Assembly (NCBI GenBank): GCA_965205655.1
Contig: CBDBIJ010000127.1
Location: forward strand, 1 to 48,260
Length of the DNA stretch: 48,260 nt
Direction: 5' to 3'
DNA from: Candidatus Latescibacterota bacterium
GTDB lineage: Bacteria; Latescibacterota; UBA2968; UBA8231
A model generated the notes under the pieces. It ran no database searches. It saw only the letters and a list, made by a program, of their open reading frames with translations, and was not told the DNA's origin. The position numbers and the translations under genes were made by a program. Within the stretch, counting starts at the first letter, position 1; each line of letters starts with the position of its first letter. Shown one piece after another: positions 1 through 8,836 of this stretch.

Positions 1-480
1 GTGAAACTCCTCTTTGCCGACGATCTGAGCCTCGAGAATTTCGCGATTCTGGAGGTGTTGGCGGTATTGGGTCCAGGAGATTTCCCGCATGTCCGAAGGC
101 ATGCTGCCGAGAAACTTGCCGGCGAAGATGAGTGTGAGGATGAGGAATATCCAGAACGCCCGCGTCCGCGAAGGCCACCGCCACGTCAGTTTCGGCCTCT
201 GCTCCTGCCCGGCCGTCGTTTGGGCCTCCCCGGGGCTGTCAGTCTCGGGAACAGATGGGGACCCATCGCCGCTCCCATCACCGGATGCGCCCTCGGCTCC
301 GGAGGCGTCTGCGCCGCCTCTCCCGTTGGACGGAGCTGCGGCCTCGGGACTTCGGTCTTCTGCGCCGTCGACGCCGGGACTCTGCAAACCGTCGTGAGGT
401 CCGGTACGCACCGTTGGAGCGGACTCCTCAGCGGGCTCGCTGGCGTCGGTGTGCGGATTCTTCTTTTCTCTTTCAGCCAT
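1..480 (-). CDS. ftsH: ATP-dependent zinc metalloprotease FtsH, N-terminal part (runs off the window)
   Basis: Manual translation from ATG at 480: MAEREKKNPHT...WPSRTRAFWIFLILTLIFAGKFLGSMPSDMREISWTQYRQHLQNREILEAQIVGKEEFH. TM helix followed by an EIS(Y/W)xxF-like FtsH periplasmic start; lies directly downstream of tilS (common tilS-ftsH synteny). Not in the ORF track because it has no stop in the window. Confidence 0.75.
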   Translation of the reverse strand, partial: MAEREKKNPHTDASEPAEESAPTVRTGPHDGLQSPGVDGAEDRSPEAAAPSNGRGGADASGAEGASGDGSGDGSPSVPETDSPGEAQTTAGQEQRPKLTWRWPSRTRAFWIFLILTLIFAGKFLGSMPSDMREISWTQYRQHLQNREILEAQIVGKEEFH

Positions 481-524
481 GGCTCTCGTAGTTGAGCTTC
501 ACCTGGATGCCTACCCACACACGG

Positions 525-1970
525 CTAGTAGACGGCCCCGCTCAGCTTCATATAGACGATCTTCATCGACGCCTCGGTGACTCTGAAGCGGTCACAGACG
601 CGGAATCCCACGACCCAAACGATCTCCTCGTCGTCGCCAGCCAATTCGCCTCTGCGACGTGTCAGCACCAGGACGTCCTCTCTGAGAATGCGAGGCCATT
701 TGGCGTCCACCAGGATGTCGCTCAGCTTCTTGTGGCTTCCCCTCATCCCGAGAGGCTGGATGCGGTCCCCCGCTCTGGCGGCACGCAACGCCAGAGGCAT
801 CTTCGCGATCTCCGAATCGAACGCGGCACACCAGCCGCCCAGGCTCGGCCGCAGTTCGTCAAAGCAACCAGCCGGCATCAACTCAGCCTCGAATGAGAGA
901 TCCCGCTCAGAGATTTGAGCTCTCCCTGGAACACCGATCGGCAGGTCGGCGGTGAGAGGCTGTCGGCGGCGCAGGATGAATCGCTCGCCGGCGCGCTGGG
1001 CCCACACATTCTGCGGCAAACGCCGCATTGTTGAGGACGGGTTGCGAGCCACCTCGAGAGCGGCTTCGATCTGGTCGAACCCGACCCGGGCCGGTGTGGC
1101 AAGCCCCTGCATGGGCTCCCTCAGCACCCTTCGCTGTATCGCTATATGATAACGGAGGAGGAGAGGCGCAGCAAGGATGACGATCTGGGGAGACCGCGCG
1201 TAAACAACTGTTTCCAAAGCTTCTTGCGCCGCTTCGTTCAGGGCGTCGTCCTCGTCGCGCAGCAGCTGGGCGGTCCGACCAAGAGTTCGGACGATGTTGG
1301 GGTTATACGCGCTTTCCAGATGCGGGATGAGCTCGTGTCGGATTCGATTGCGCGCGAAGCGAAGGTCAGAATTCGATCGATCCTCCCGAAACGGAATCCG
1401 TTCCCGCGCCGCGTAGTCCGCGAGGGTTCGGCGATCGAACGAGAGAAGAGGCCTGACATAGCGCTCCTCTCGCAACGCCGCCATGCCGCTCAGCCCAGTG
1501 GTTCCGCTGCCGCGAAGCAGTCTCAGCAGCACTGTCTCGGCCTGATCGTCGGCGTGGTGACCCAGAACGATTCGACTACTGTTCGTCTCTCTCATGACGC
1601 GATCGAGGAACTCGTAGCGCAGCGTGCGAGCGGCCTCCTCGAGAGATTGGCGGCGCTTGGCGGCGAACCCGGCCACGTCTCTGGCGCCGGTTGTACACGA
1701 CAGGCCCAACTCGGCGGATGCCGACTCGACGAATTCCGCATCGGACCGGGATTCGGGCCGCAGCCTGTGATCCAGGTGCGCTACAGTGAGTGCGAGGTCG
1801 AGCTCGCCAAGTGCCGTCAGCACCCGCAGCAGGACCATTGAATCGAGTCCGCCCGAAACAGCTACGACCATCCGCTCGCCGGACCTCACTCCCAGCTGCG
1901 ACAACCGCTCCGCTACCGCGCGCGGCAGATCTTGCGGATGGAAGGGGGGACTGGAATGGGTCTTGCTCAC
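525..1970 (-). CDS. tilS: tRNA(Ile)-lysidine synthetase
   Basis: VAVSGGLDS PP-loop, AHLDHRLR, EEAARTLRY, GHHADDQAETVLLRLLRGSG, RPLL, RNRIRHELIP and a C-terminal KKLSDILVDAK domain. Confidence 0.97.
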   Translation of the reverse strand: MSKTHSSPPFHPQDLPRAVAERLSQLGVRSGERMVVAVSGGLDSMVLLRVLTALGELDLALTVAHLDHRLRPESRSDAEFVESASAELGLSCTTGARDVAGFAAKRRQSLEEAARTLRYEFLDRVMRETNSSRIVLGHHADDQAETVLLRLLRGSGTTGLSGMAALREERYVRPLLSFDRRTLADYAARERIPFREDRSNSDLRFARNRIRHELIPHLESAYNPNIVRTLGRTAQLLRDEDDALNEAAQEALETVVYARSPQIVILAAPLLLRYHIAIQRRVLREPMQGLATPARVGFDQIEAALEVARNPSSTMRRLPQNVWAQRAGERFILRRRQPLTADLPIGVPGRAQISERDLSFEAELMPAGCFDELRPSLGGWCAAFDSEIAKMPLALRAARAGDRIQPLGMRGSHKKLSDILVDAKWPRILREDVLVLTRRRGELAGDDEEIVWVVGFRVCDRFRVTEASMKIVYMKLSGAVY

Positions 1971-2011
1971 GATACGTTCTCGAAGAATGTCAGAAAGAAA
2001 GGACTATTGCC

Positions 2012-2347
2012 ATGGCCGCGTCCCGTCCAAAGCTCGATACCGTTCGAGTTCAGACCGCCAGAATGCTGGAGATCTATTCCCTCCTCCGTGCGGAGATGGA
2101 AAGAGGCGATATGAGGTTGTCCTCGGCGGAGTGCGACCGCCTGAACGGAGCCATTCGAACGATTGCCGGCAACATGGCCCGGCTTCAGGCCGAATTCGTC
2201 GACGCCGGCTCTGAAGCCGCGACGGAAGCACCTTCCGATACGGCGCCGGTGCCGGAACCTTCTTCCGCTCCTAGTATCGACGCCCGAGATATCGATGAGA
2301 TCGTCGACGCTGTCTTGAAGTGGCAGTCAGAAGGACAGGGGGAATGA
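2012..2347 (+). CDS. hypothetical protein (111 aa, helical N-terminus, acidic linker)
   Basis: ATG at 2012 after AAGGA; fills the gap between tilS and the FN3 gene; no recognisable motif. Confidence 0.65.
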   Translation: MAASRPKLDTVRVQTARMLEIYSLLRAEMERGDMRLSSAECDRLNGAIRTIAGNMARLQAEFVDAGSEAATEAPSDTAPVPEPSSAPSIDARDIDEIVDAVLKWQSEGQGE

Positions 2348-2365
2348 CCTGCTGCCGATCCAGCG

Positions 2366-5300
2366 TCATTCGGATACAGTTATTCCCAGCGGCGTCGTCC
2401 ACTCGCTTTCTCGAAACTGACTGTCCACCGTCCGCACCCGGTAGTAATAGGTGTTACCGCGAGTGACCCCCGAATCATCTCTGGTGGTAGCCACCCCGTG
2501 GGGAAGCACCTCCACGTAGTCGGCGTCGTTCTCACTGTTCGCCACCGTCGTCCGCTGCACCTCGTAGCGCAGGATCGCCCCCGCCGACGCCCCCCAGGCA
2601 ATCGTGACCACAGGATCCTCGCCGGCGTCCGACGGCGTCGTCGAGACCAGGGACACATTCTGCGGCACCTGAACGCCAGTCGTCGTCAGCGACACCGTCG
2701 ATGAGCGCGGGCTCGCGTTCCCGTCCTCGTCCAGCGCCTCGACTTCGTGGAAGTATGTCGTTTGTGCTTCGAGGCCGTCGTCCAGGTAGCTTGTCGTCGT
2801 CGATGAGCCCACTTGCGTGAAGGGTCCGCTGGCGTCGTCGCCACGGTAGACCAGGTAATTCACCAGTCCCGTCAGCTCCGCACTACCGACATCGGTCGTC
2901 GGCGCCTTCCATTCCAACGCTATCGCCGCCGGATCTCCGATGACGGCCTCCCCGTCGAGGAATGTGGGCGCCGCCGGCGAGCGGATGTCGGCGCTGACGG
3001 TCGCTCCGCTGAATGCGGATCGCTCACTCTCCCCGTCCTGGGTGACGGCGCTGACGCGGTAGAAGAAGACGCTTCCGCCTGTGAGTCCGGAGTCGATGTA
3101 GGTCGTTTGACCCGTCGTAAATGAGGTCCCCTCGCTTCCGGACAGACGCGTGTATCCCTGGTCCGATCGGGTGGAGCGATAGACATTGTATCCCAGCAAT
3201 CCATCGTCAGCGCTCGAATTCCAGCTCACCTCGATCTTTTTGATTCCAGACCCAGCAGTGACACCCGAAGGCACAGAGACGCCGGGAGTGGTTGCCGAGA
3301 CCGCGGCTGACAGCGGGCTGGCATTCCCCGACTCATCGACCACGCTCACTGCGTAATAGTAGGTCGTCGCCGTCTCCAACCCGGTGTCGATGTACTGTCG
3401 CTGCGACGCATCGACCGTATCGACCGCGGACAGGGCGGAGGGCGCATCCCGACCTCGAAAAACCACGTACGATTGCAGCCCGGTGAGTTCGCCGCCGTCG
3501 GCATCCTGGCTCGAGCCGCTCCAGCTCAACGTGATCGACGCCTCGGTGTCGTCCGAGAATATCAGTAGCTCACCCGGTGTCTGCGGAGCGACTTCGTCCG
3601 CCTTAGGCTCGGCACTCACGAATGTCGATTGCTCGCTCGTCAGACCACCCGAGCCAACCGCCTCCACCCGGTAGAAATACACCCGGCCGGCCTCCACGGC
3701 CGCGTCCTCATACGTCGTCCGACCCGTCGTGAACGTGCCACCCTCGCTACCGGACAGCAGCGCATATCCGGTGTCCGAGCGATCCGAGCGATACACGTTA
3801 TACCCCTGTAACTCCGACCCCGATACCGCGTCCCAGCTCACCACCACACGACCTATCTCGCCGGCCGCCGTCACCCGACCCGGCACCGCCAGACCACCCG
3901 TGCGAGCCAGCACTGACGTCGCCTGGGACGACGAGTTGCCCGCCTCGTCGAAGGCCGACACCGTACACCGGTAGTCCGTCAGCGGATCCAATCCCGCGTC
4001 TTCATACTCCCGAACATCAGACGACACCGTGTCCACCGCCGAAAACCCACCGCCTCCTTCCGAGCGGAAAATCACATACCCCGACAACCCCGTCAGCTCC
4101 CCACTGTCACTGTCCCGCACCGACGCGTTCCACCGTACCGTGATCCGCGACGGGTCCGTATCGTCCGTCGACACCGATACATTCGAAGGCGACTCCGGCG
4201 ACGTCAGGTCAGGTCCACGCGTCTTCACCCGCACCGACGACGACCGGCCCGACTCGTTCCCAGACCCGTCGATGGCGACCACCGCGTAGAAATACGTCGT
4301 CGACTCCGACAACCCCGTGTCCTCATACCGGGGCTCAGTTACATCCGCCACCCGAACGAACGAATCCGTCGTCTCCACCGAGCGAAACACCGCATACCCC
4401 GACAACCCCGTCAGCTCGCCGCCGTCACTGTCACGCACCGACGCACTCCACGTCACCAGCGCCCGGCCGAAGTCCGTTTCGTCGGCCACCACCGACACGT
4501 TCGAAGGCGACTCCGGCGACGTCAGGTCAGGTCCACGCGTCTTCACCCGCACCGACGACGACCGGCCCGACTCGTTCCCAGACCCGTCGATGGCGACCAC
4601 CGCGTAGAAATACGTCGTCGACTCCGACAACCCCGTGTCCTCATACCGGGGCTCAGTTACATCCGCCACCCGAACGAACGAATCCGTCGTCTCCGCCGAG
4701 CGAAACACCGCATACCCCGACAACCCCGTCAGCTCGCCGCCCCCCGTGTCGGCAAGCGGCACGCCCCACGTCACCACCACACGGCCGAAGTCCGCCTCGT
4801 CTGCCACCACCGACACGTTCGACGGCGACGCCGGCGGCACCTCGTCCGCCTTGGGCTCGGCACTCACGAATGTCGATTGCTCGCTCGTCAGACCACCCGA
4901 ACCAACCGCCTCCACCCGGTAGAAATACACCCGGCCGGCCTCCACGGCCGCGTCCTCATACGTCGTCCGACCCGTCGTGAACGTGCCACCCTCGCTGCCG
5001 GACAGCAGCGCATACCCGGTGTCCGAGCGATCCGAGCGATACACGTTATACCCCAGTAACTCCGACCCCGATACCGCGTCCCAGCTCACCACCACACGAC
5101 CTATCTCGCCGGCCGCCGTCACCCGACCCGGCACCGCCAGACCGCGAGTTGTTACCAGCACCTCATCAGCGGCTCGACTGGAGTTCCCCCGGCTGTCGAA
5201 GGCGACGATGGTGTACGAGTAGGTCGTCAGTCTCTTGATCCCCGTATCCGTGTACTGCGACACGTCGGCACCGACGGTATCGATTGGGACTGGACTGCCC

Positions 5301-5884
5301 GAGCCCTCCTCCGCCCGCAGCACTGCGTAACCGTCCAGGCCTGAAAGTTCACCGCCGTCTTCGTCCCGTCTCGGATGACTCCATCTCAGGAGAACGCGGC
5401 CCAACTCCTCTTCGTCGGGCACAGCTGACAGGCCCGGTGGCGGCTCCGGTGGCAGCCGATCCGCCAACGCGGTGGCTCCGACGAAAGCGGATAGCTGACT
5501 GACCAGTCCGGTCGTATCCACGGCAGCGAGGCGGTAGAAGTGTGTCGCACCGTCGGCATCCAACGAGTCCACGAAGCTGGTTTTCCCCGTTGTGTACTCC
5601 AGAGTACCCACCCCTTCGCCGCCGACGAACTGGTAATCGCCGTCCGATTTCGATGCCCGGTATACGGCGTATCCGGCTAGGTCGGGGCTGGTCACCGGTT
5701 GCCAGCTCAGTCGGATGAACCCTACCCCCGGCTCTGCGGTGAGTCCCACCGGCGTCGCCGGGCGATCTCGTCCTTCGCCTGCTTCGGGATCGAGCGGATT
5801 GCTGCGCTCGCGTTCGCAACTGCCGATCAGGAGTGCTGCAACGGCGATTGTGGCGATCGCCAGTCTGTGGTGCTTCTCTGTCAT
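2366..5884 (-). CDS. lipoprotein with about 11 fibronectin type III repeats
   Basis: Signal peptide with lipobox LLIGSC followed by NPLDP; repeated FN3 signatures (V-S-W, GYxVYRS, Y-x-D-x-G-L, YYxVxAVD, NES). Confidence 0.9.
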   Translation of the reverse strand: MTEKHHRLAIATIAVAALLIGSCERERSNPLDPEAGEGRDRPATPVGLTAEPGVGFIRLSWQPVTSPDLAGYAVYRASKSDGDYQFVGGEGVGTLEYTTGKTSFVDSLDADGATHFYRLAAVDTTGLVSQLSAFVGATALADRLPPEPPPGLSAVPDEEELGRVLLRWSHPRRDEDGGELSGLDGYAVLRAEEGSGSPVPIDTVGADVSQYTDTGIKRLTTYSYTIVAFDSRGNSSRAADEVLVTTRGLAVPGRVTAAGEIGRVVVSWDAVSGSELLGYNVYRSDRSDTGYALLSGSEGGTFTTGRTTYEDAAVEAGRVYFYRVEAVGSGGLTSEQSTFVSAEPKADEVPPASPSNVSVVADEADFGRVVVTWGVPLADTGGGELTGLSGYAVFRSAETTDSFVRVADVTEPRYEDTGLSESTTYFYAVVAIDGSGNESGRSSSVRVKTRGPDLTSPESPSNVSVVADETDFGRALVTWSASVRDSDGGELTGLSGYAVFRSVETTDSFVRVADVTEPRYEDTGLSESTTYFYAVVAIDGSGNESGRSSSVRVKTRGPDLTSPESPSNVSVSTDDTDPSRITVRWNASVRDSDSGELTGLSGYVIFRSEGGGGFSAVDTVSSDVREYEDAGLDPLTDYRCTVSAFDEAGNSSSQATSVLARTGGLAVPGRVTAAGEIGRVVVSWDAVSGSELQGYNVYRSDRSDTGYALLSGSEGGTFTTGRTTYEDAAVEAGRVYFYRVEAVGSGGLTSEQSTFVSAEPKADEVAPQTPGELLIFSDDTEASITLSWSGSSQDADGGELTGLQSYVVFRGRDAPSALSAVDTVDASQRQYIDTGLETATTYYYAVSVVDESGNASPLSAAVSATTPGVSVPSGVTAGSGIKKIEVSWNSSADDGLLGYNVYRSTRSDQGYTRLSGSEGTSFTTGQTTYIDSGLTGGSVFFYRVSAVTQDGESERSAFSGATVSADIRSPAAPTFLDGEAVIGDPAAIALEWKAPTTDVGSAELTGLVNYLVYRGDDASGPFTQVGSSTTTSYLDDGLEAQTTYFHEVEALDEDGNASPRSSTVSLTTTGVQVPQNVSLVSTTPSDAGEDPVVTIAWGASAGAILRYEVQRTTVANSENDADYVEVLPHGVATTRDDSGVTRGNTYYYRVRTVDSQFRESEWTTPLGITVSE
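3594..3895. repeat. internal duplication, copy A (~302 bp; partner at 4842-5143)
   Basis: Near-identical DNA at offset 1248 encoding the GLAVPGRVTAAGEIG...SAEPKADEV FN3 domain. Confidence 0.92.
4073..4830. repeat. 318-bp tandem repeat (~2.4 units, one FN3 domain each)
   Basis: CATACCCCGACAACCCCGTCAGCTC recurs at 318-bp spacing; 4182-4420 and 4500-4738 are almost identical. Confidence 0.92.
4842..5143. repeat. internal duplication, copy B (partner at 3594-3895)
   Basis: Near-identical to 3594-3895 with only a few substitutions. Confidence 0.92.
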
Positions 5885-5894
5885 TGTGATTCGT

Positions 5895-6404
5895 TCAGTT
5901 GAAGGGCACCGTTAGCTCGAAACCCACGGTGCCGACGAGCCGAGGACTCAAGCGCAGGTATCTCCCACCATGACCCCGTCCACCCGCTCTCTTGCTCCGC
6001 TGAGTCCGCTGAAGGGCAAGGGGCTCATCTCGATTCGGCTCGTCTTTCCCGCCTGTGAGGACCAAGCGTGTTCCGCTGATGGCGAAAGTGGCTGCCAGAG
6101 CCCAACTCATCTGGCTCTTGACGTCGCGGTTCGTCGTTCGTCGATACAGGCGCTCGATCTCTTGGGGATCCACGGCAGCCTTGTAGTCCGCGTAGAGCGC
6201 ATCTGCTTCATCGCGGTACTCGAACCCCTGCCTTGCGAGCGCGGCGCTGCCAGCCAGAAAGGCGACGCCCAGGGACCGACGAACTGTGACGATGTCGGTC
6301 AGCTCGGTGGCGGAGGATACATCGCCGAGTGTGACAGAGCAAACGAGGGCCAGCAGAAGCCTGGCTCCCGTGGGAGTGGGGGAATTGAGAATCACCGCTT
6401 GCAA
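5895..6404 (-). CDS. hypothetical exported/membrane protein
   Basis: Signal-like N-terminus, two hydrophobic segments flanking ADALYADYKAA...IERLYRRT, C-terminal aromatic beta-strand (FELTVPFN); 10 bp upstream of the FN3 gene. Confidence 0.7.
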   Translation of the reverse strand: MQAVILNSPTPTGARLLLALVCSVTLGDVSSATELTDIVTVRRSLGVAFLAGSAALARQGFEYRDEADALYADYKAAVDPQEIERLYRRTTNRDVKSQMSWALAATFAISGTRLVLTGGKDEPNRDEPLALQRTQRSKRAGGRGHGGRYLRLSPRLVGTVGFELTVPFN

Positions 6405-6625
6405 GATGGTGGGTATCTATGCCGATCGCGACCTGAGCTGCAGTCTGAAAACCTGCCAGAATCTCATGGGGAGGTTGAACAGTGTCAACGAGGTCGACTC
6501 TGGCGAAGACGACCTTGTCAATTTACACAAAAACCTCTCCTTCGGCTCGTGGTAATTATGCTCCTTCCTCATGATTCTCAATGAATTACGGAGATTGCCG
6601 CCAGTCGGCGCGTCGGTGCTTTCTC

Positions 6626-6654
6626 TTGACAAATGAACGAATGTGCACTATATA
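6626..6654 (+). promoter_or_regulatory. sigma70-type promoter of lexA
   Basis: TTGACA (6626-6631), 17-bp spacer, TATATA (6649-6654). Confidence 0.7.
6634..6647. promoter_or_regulatory. candidate LexA (SOS) operator in the -35/-10 spacer
   Basis: TGAAC-GAAT-GTGCA; one mismatch from both GAAC-N4-GTTC and TGCNC-N4-GTGCA type boxes. Confidence 0.55.
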
Positions 6655-6678
6655 TCGTGGGAGCTTGCAATTCCATAT

Positions 6679-6704
6679 CAATTGTGGAAACGTTTCCACA
6701 ATTG
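6679..6704. promoter_or_regulatory. perfect 26-bp palindrome in the lexA 5' region (operator-like)
   Basis: CAATTGTGGAAAC|GTTTCCACAATTG, an exact self-complement. Confidence 0.7.
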
Positions 6705-6737
6705 GCCTCGGCCCAGTCTGTGAGAGGATGTGACACT

Positions 6738-7367
6738 ATGCGAAGACAGCTGACAGAGCGGCAGCAGGCGATCTACGATTTCATCGCCACTGTCATCCGC
6801 GGTCGCGGCGCCCCTCCCACAATTCGGGACATCATGGAGGAGTTCGACATCAGCTCCACGAACGGTGTTCGAACGACTCTCGCGGCACTCGAGAAAAAGG
6901 GACACATCAGACGACACCCGCGCCTGTCGCGCGGCATTGAGCTCGTCGACGTTGCAGACAGGGAACTCGTCACCACCGAAACCAGGGAGATCCCCCTGCT
7001 CGGGCGCGTCGCAGCCGGGGAACCCATACTCGCTACCCAGAATATCGATAGCGTCCTCCACGTCGATAAGTCGATGTGCACGGCCACCGGTGAACTCTTC
7101 GCCCTGCGGGTTCACGGCGAGAGCATGCGTGACGCCGGCATCCTCGACGGCGATATCGTCCTGGCCCGACACCAGCAGACTGCCGATCGCGGCGACATCG
7201 TCGTCGCCCTCATCGACGACGAGGCCACGGTCAAGCGCTACGCCCCCGAATCCGGCGCAGTCCGACTGCTTCCTGAGAATGAGTCGTTCAGCCCCATCGT
7301 CGTCACCGAGGGCAGCGGCGAGTTCCGAATCGCCGGCAAGGTCGTGGGCCTCATGCGACAGATGTGA
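6738..7367 (+). CDS. lexA: SOS repressor LexA
   Basis: LTERQQAIYDFI...PPTIRDI wHTH, LLGRVAAGEP cleavage site, GESM (Ser) and ATVKR (Lys) dyad; ATG at 6738 after GAGGA. Confidence 0.97.
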   Translation: MRRQLTERQQAIYDFIATVIRGRGAPPTIRDIMEEFDISSTNGVRTTLAALEKKGHIRRHPRLSRGIELVDVADRELVTTETREIPLLGRVAAGEPILATQNIDSVLHVDKSMCTATGELFALRVHGESMRDAGILDGDIVLARHQQTADRGDIVVALIDDEATVKRYAPESGAVRLLPENESFSPIVVTEGSGEFRIAGKVVGLMRQM

Positions 7368-7412
7368 CCGCCGGCCACAGATTTCTGCCCCCTCCCTACC
7401 ACCACCTCACAC

Positions 7413-8777
7413 ATGCCCGCTGATTCGGCGGTCCGTGGGCCCCGGCAACTTGCCCGCGAGATCTTTGACGCCGCCGTCCGCGCCGCGGATCCAGGCAAGT
7501 GCGTCTCCGAGGCGATCGATCTCGGGGTGAGTCAGCTCCGAATCCTGAATCGGAGCTATTCCTTCGACCAGTTCACCACTGTAATCGTCATCGGCGCCGG
7601 CAAGGCGACTCCGGCCATGGCCGCCGCCGTCGAGGAAACGCTCGGCGACCGAGTCGCCGGCGGCGCCATCAACACCAAGTACGACCACGCCCTGCCCCTC
7701 CAGCGCATTCACACTACGGAGTGCGGTCATCCTCTCCCGGACGCGGCCGGCATCCGCGGCACCGAGGAGATGGTGCGGCTCCTCGAAGAGGCAGACGAGC
7801 GCACCCTCGTCCTCTGCCTCTTCTCCGGGGGAGGCTCAGCACTCATGCCGGCTCCCGCGGCGGGTCTAACGCTGGAGCAGAAGCAGGATGCCACCCGGTT
7901 GCTGCTGGAGTGCGGCGCTACCATCGACGAGATCAATGCCATTCGCAAGCACCTGTCGCGGGTGAAGGGGGGGCTGCTAGCCAGGCTCGCCCGCCCTGCA
8001 GCCGTCGTCTCTTTGATGATCTCCGATGTCATAGGCGACCGGCTCGACACCATCGCCTCAGGTCCGACCTACCCCGACACGACGACATACTCCGATTGCC
8101 TGGGAATCCTCGAGCGCTACGATCTCATCGACCGCTTGCCCGACGCGGTGCTGGCTCACCTGAAGGCGGGTGAAATCGGCAAAGTCGCCGACACCCCGGG
8201 TGCCGACGACCCCTGCTTTGAGCGAGCCGTGAGCGTCGTGGTGGGAAATGCCTCGATAGCCCTGGAAGCCGCAAAGGTGACCGCCCAGAAACTCGGCTAT
8301 CGACCGCTCGTGTTGTCGTCGAGCATAGCCGGAGAGACCCGCGAGGTAGCGGGCGTACATGCGGCCATCGCCCGAGAGATCGCCGCCACTGGCCAACCGC
8401 TGGCCCCGCCCGCGTGCCTCATCAGTGGTGGAGAGACGACAGTGACGATCAAGGGAAAGGGAAAGGGAGGTCGTAATCAGGAATTCGCACTCGCTGCCGC
8501 CATCGAACTGCGGGGGTGCTCCGGAATTACGGTCCTGAGTGGCGGCACCGACGGTACCGACGGGCCCACCGACGCGGCCGGTGCAATCGCCGACGGCGAT
8601 TCCGTGCGGCGCGCCCAGGATCTGGGCCTGTCCGCCAGCGCGACACTGGATGACAACGACTCCTATCCCTTCTTCGAAGCCCTGGACGATCTCGTCATCA
8701 CCGGTCCCACCGGAACAAATGTCATGGACCTCCGTCTCTTTCTAGTGGATCGGCGAGACGAAGCGCAGCTATCTTGA
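7413..8777 (+). CDS. glycerate 2-kinase / hydroxypyruvate reductase (MOFRL family)
   Basis: GAGKA, GHPLPD, SGGGSAL, INAIRKHLSRVKGG, SDVIGD, IASGPT, GGETTV, GGRNQE, GTDGTDGPTDAAG, TGPTGTNVMD. Confidence 0.95.
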   Translation: MPADSAVRGPRQLAREIFDAAVRAADPGKCVSEAIDLGVSQLRILNRSYSFDQFTTVIVIGAGKATPAMAAAVEETLGDRVAGGAINTKYDHALPLQRIHTTECGHPLPDAAGIRGTEEMVRLLEEADERTLVLCLFSGGGSALMPAPAAGLTLEQKQDATRLLLECGATIDEINAIRKHLSRVKGGLLARLARPAAVVSLMISDVIGDRLDTIASGPTYPDTTTYSDCLGILERYDLIDRLPDAVLAHLKAGEIGKVADTPGADDPCFERAVSVVVGNASIALEAAKVTAQKLGYRPLVLSSSIAGETREVAGVHAAIAREIAATGQPLAPPACLISGGETTVTIKGKGKGGRNQEFALAAAIELRGCSGITVLSGGTDGTDGPTDAAGAIADGDSVRRAQDLGLSASATLDDNDSYPFFEALDDLVITGPTGTNVMDLRLFLVDRRDEAQLS

Positions 8778-8836
8778 CACCTCGGAGAGCTGACGGTACA
8801 CTCAGTTTTTCCTCGGTTCACGACCGGTTGCCAACC

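Noticed and set aside
2366..5884. Diversity-generating retroelement template/variable repeats
   Set aside because: Repeats are in-frame domain duplications without adenine-specific mismatches, and no reverse transcriptase is present
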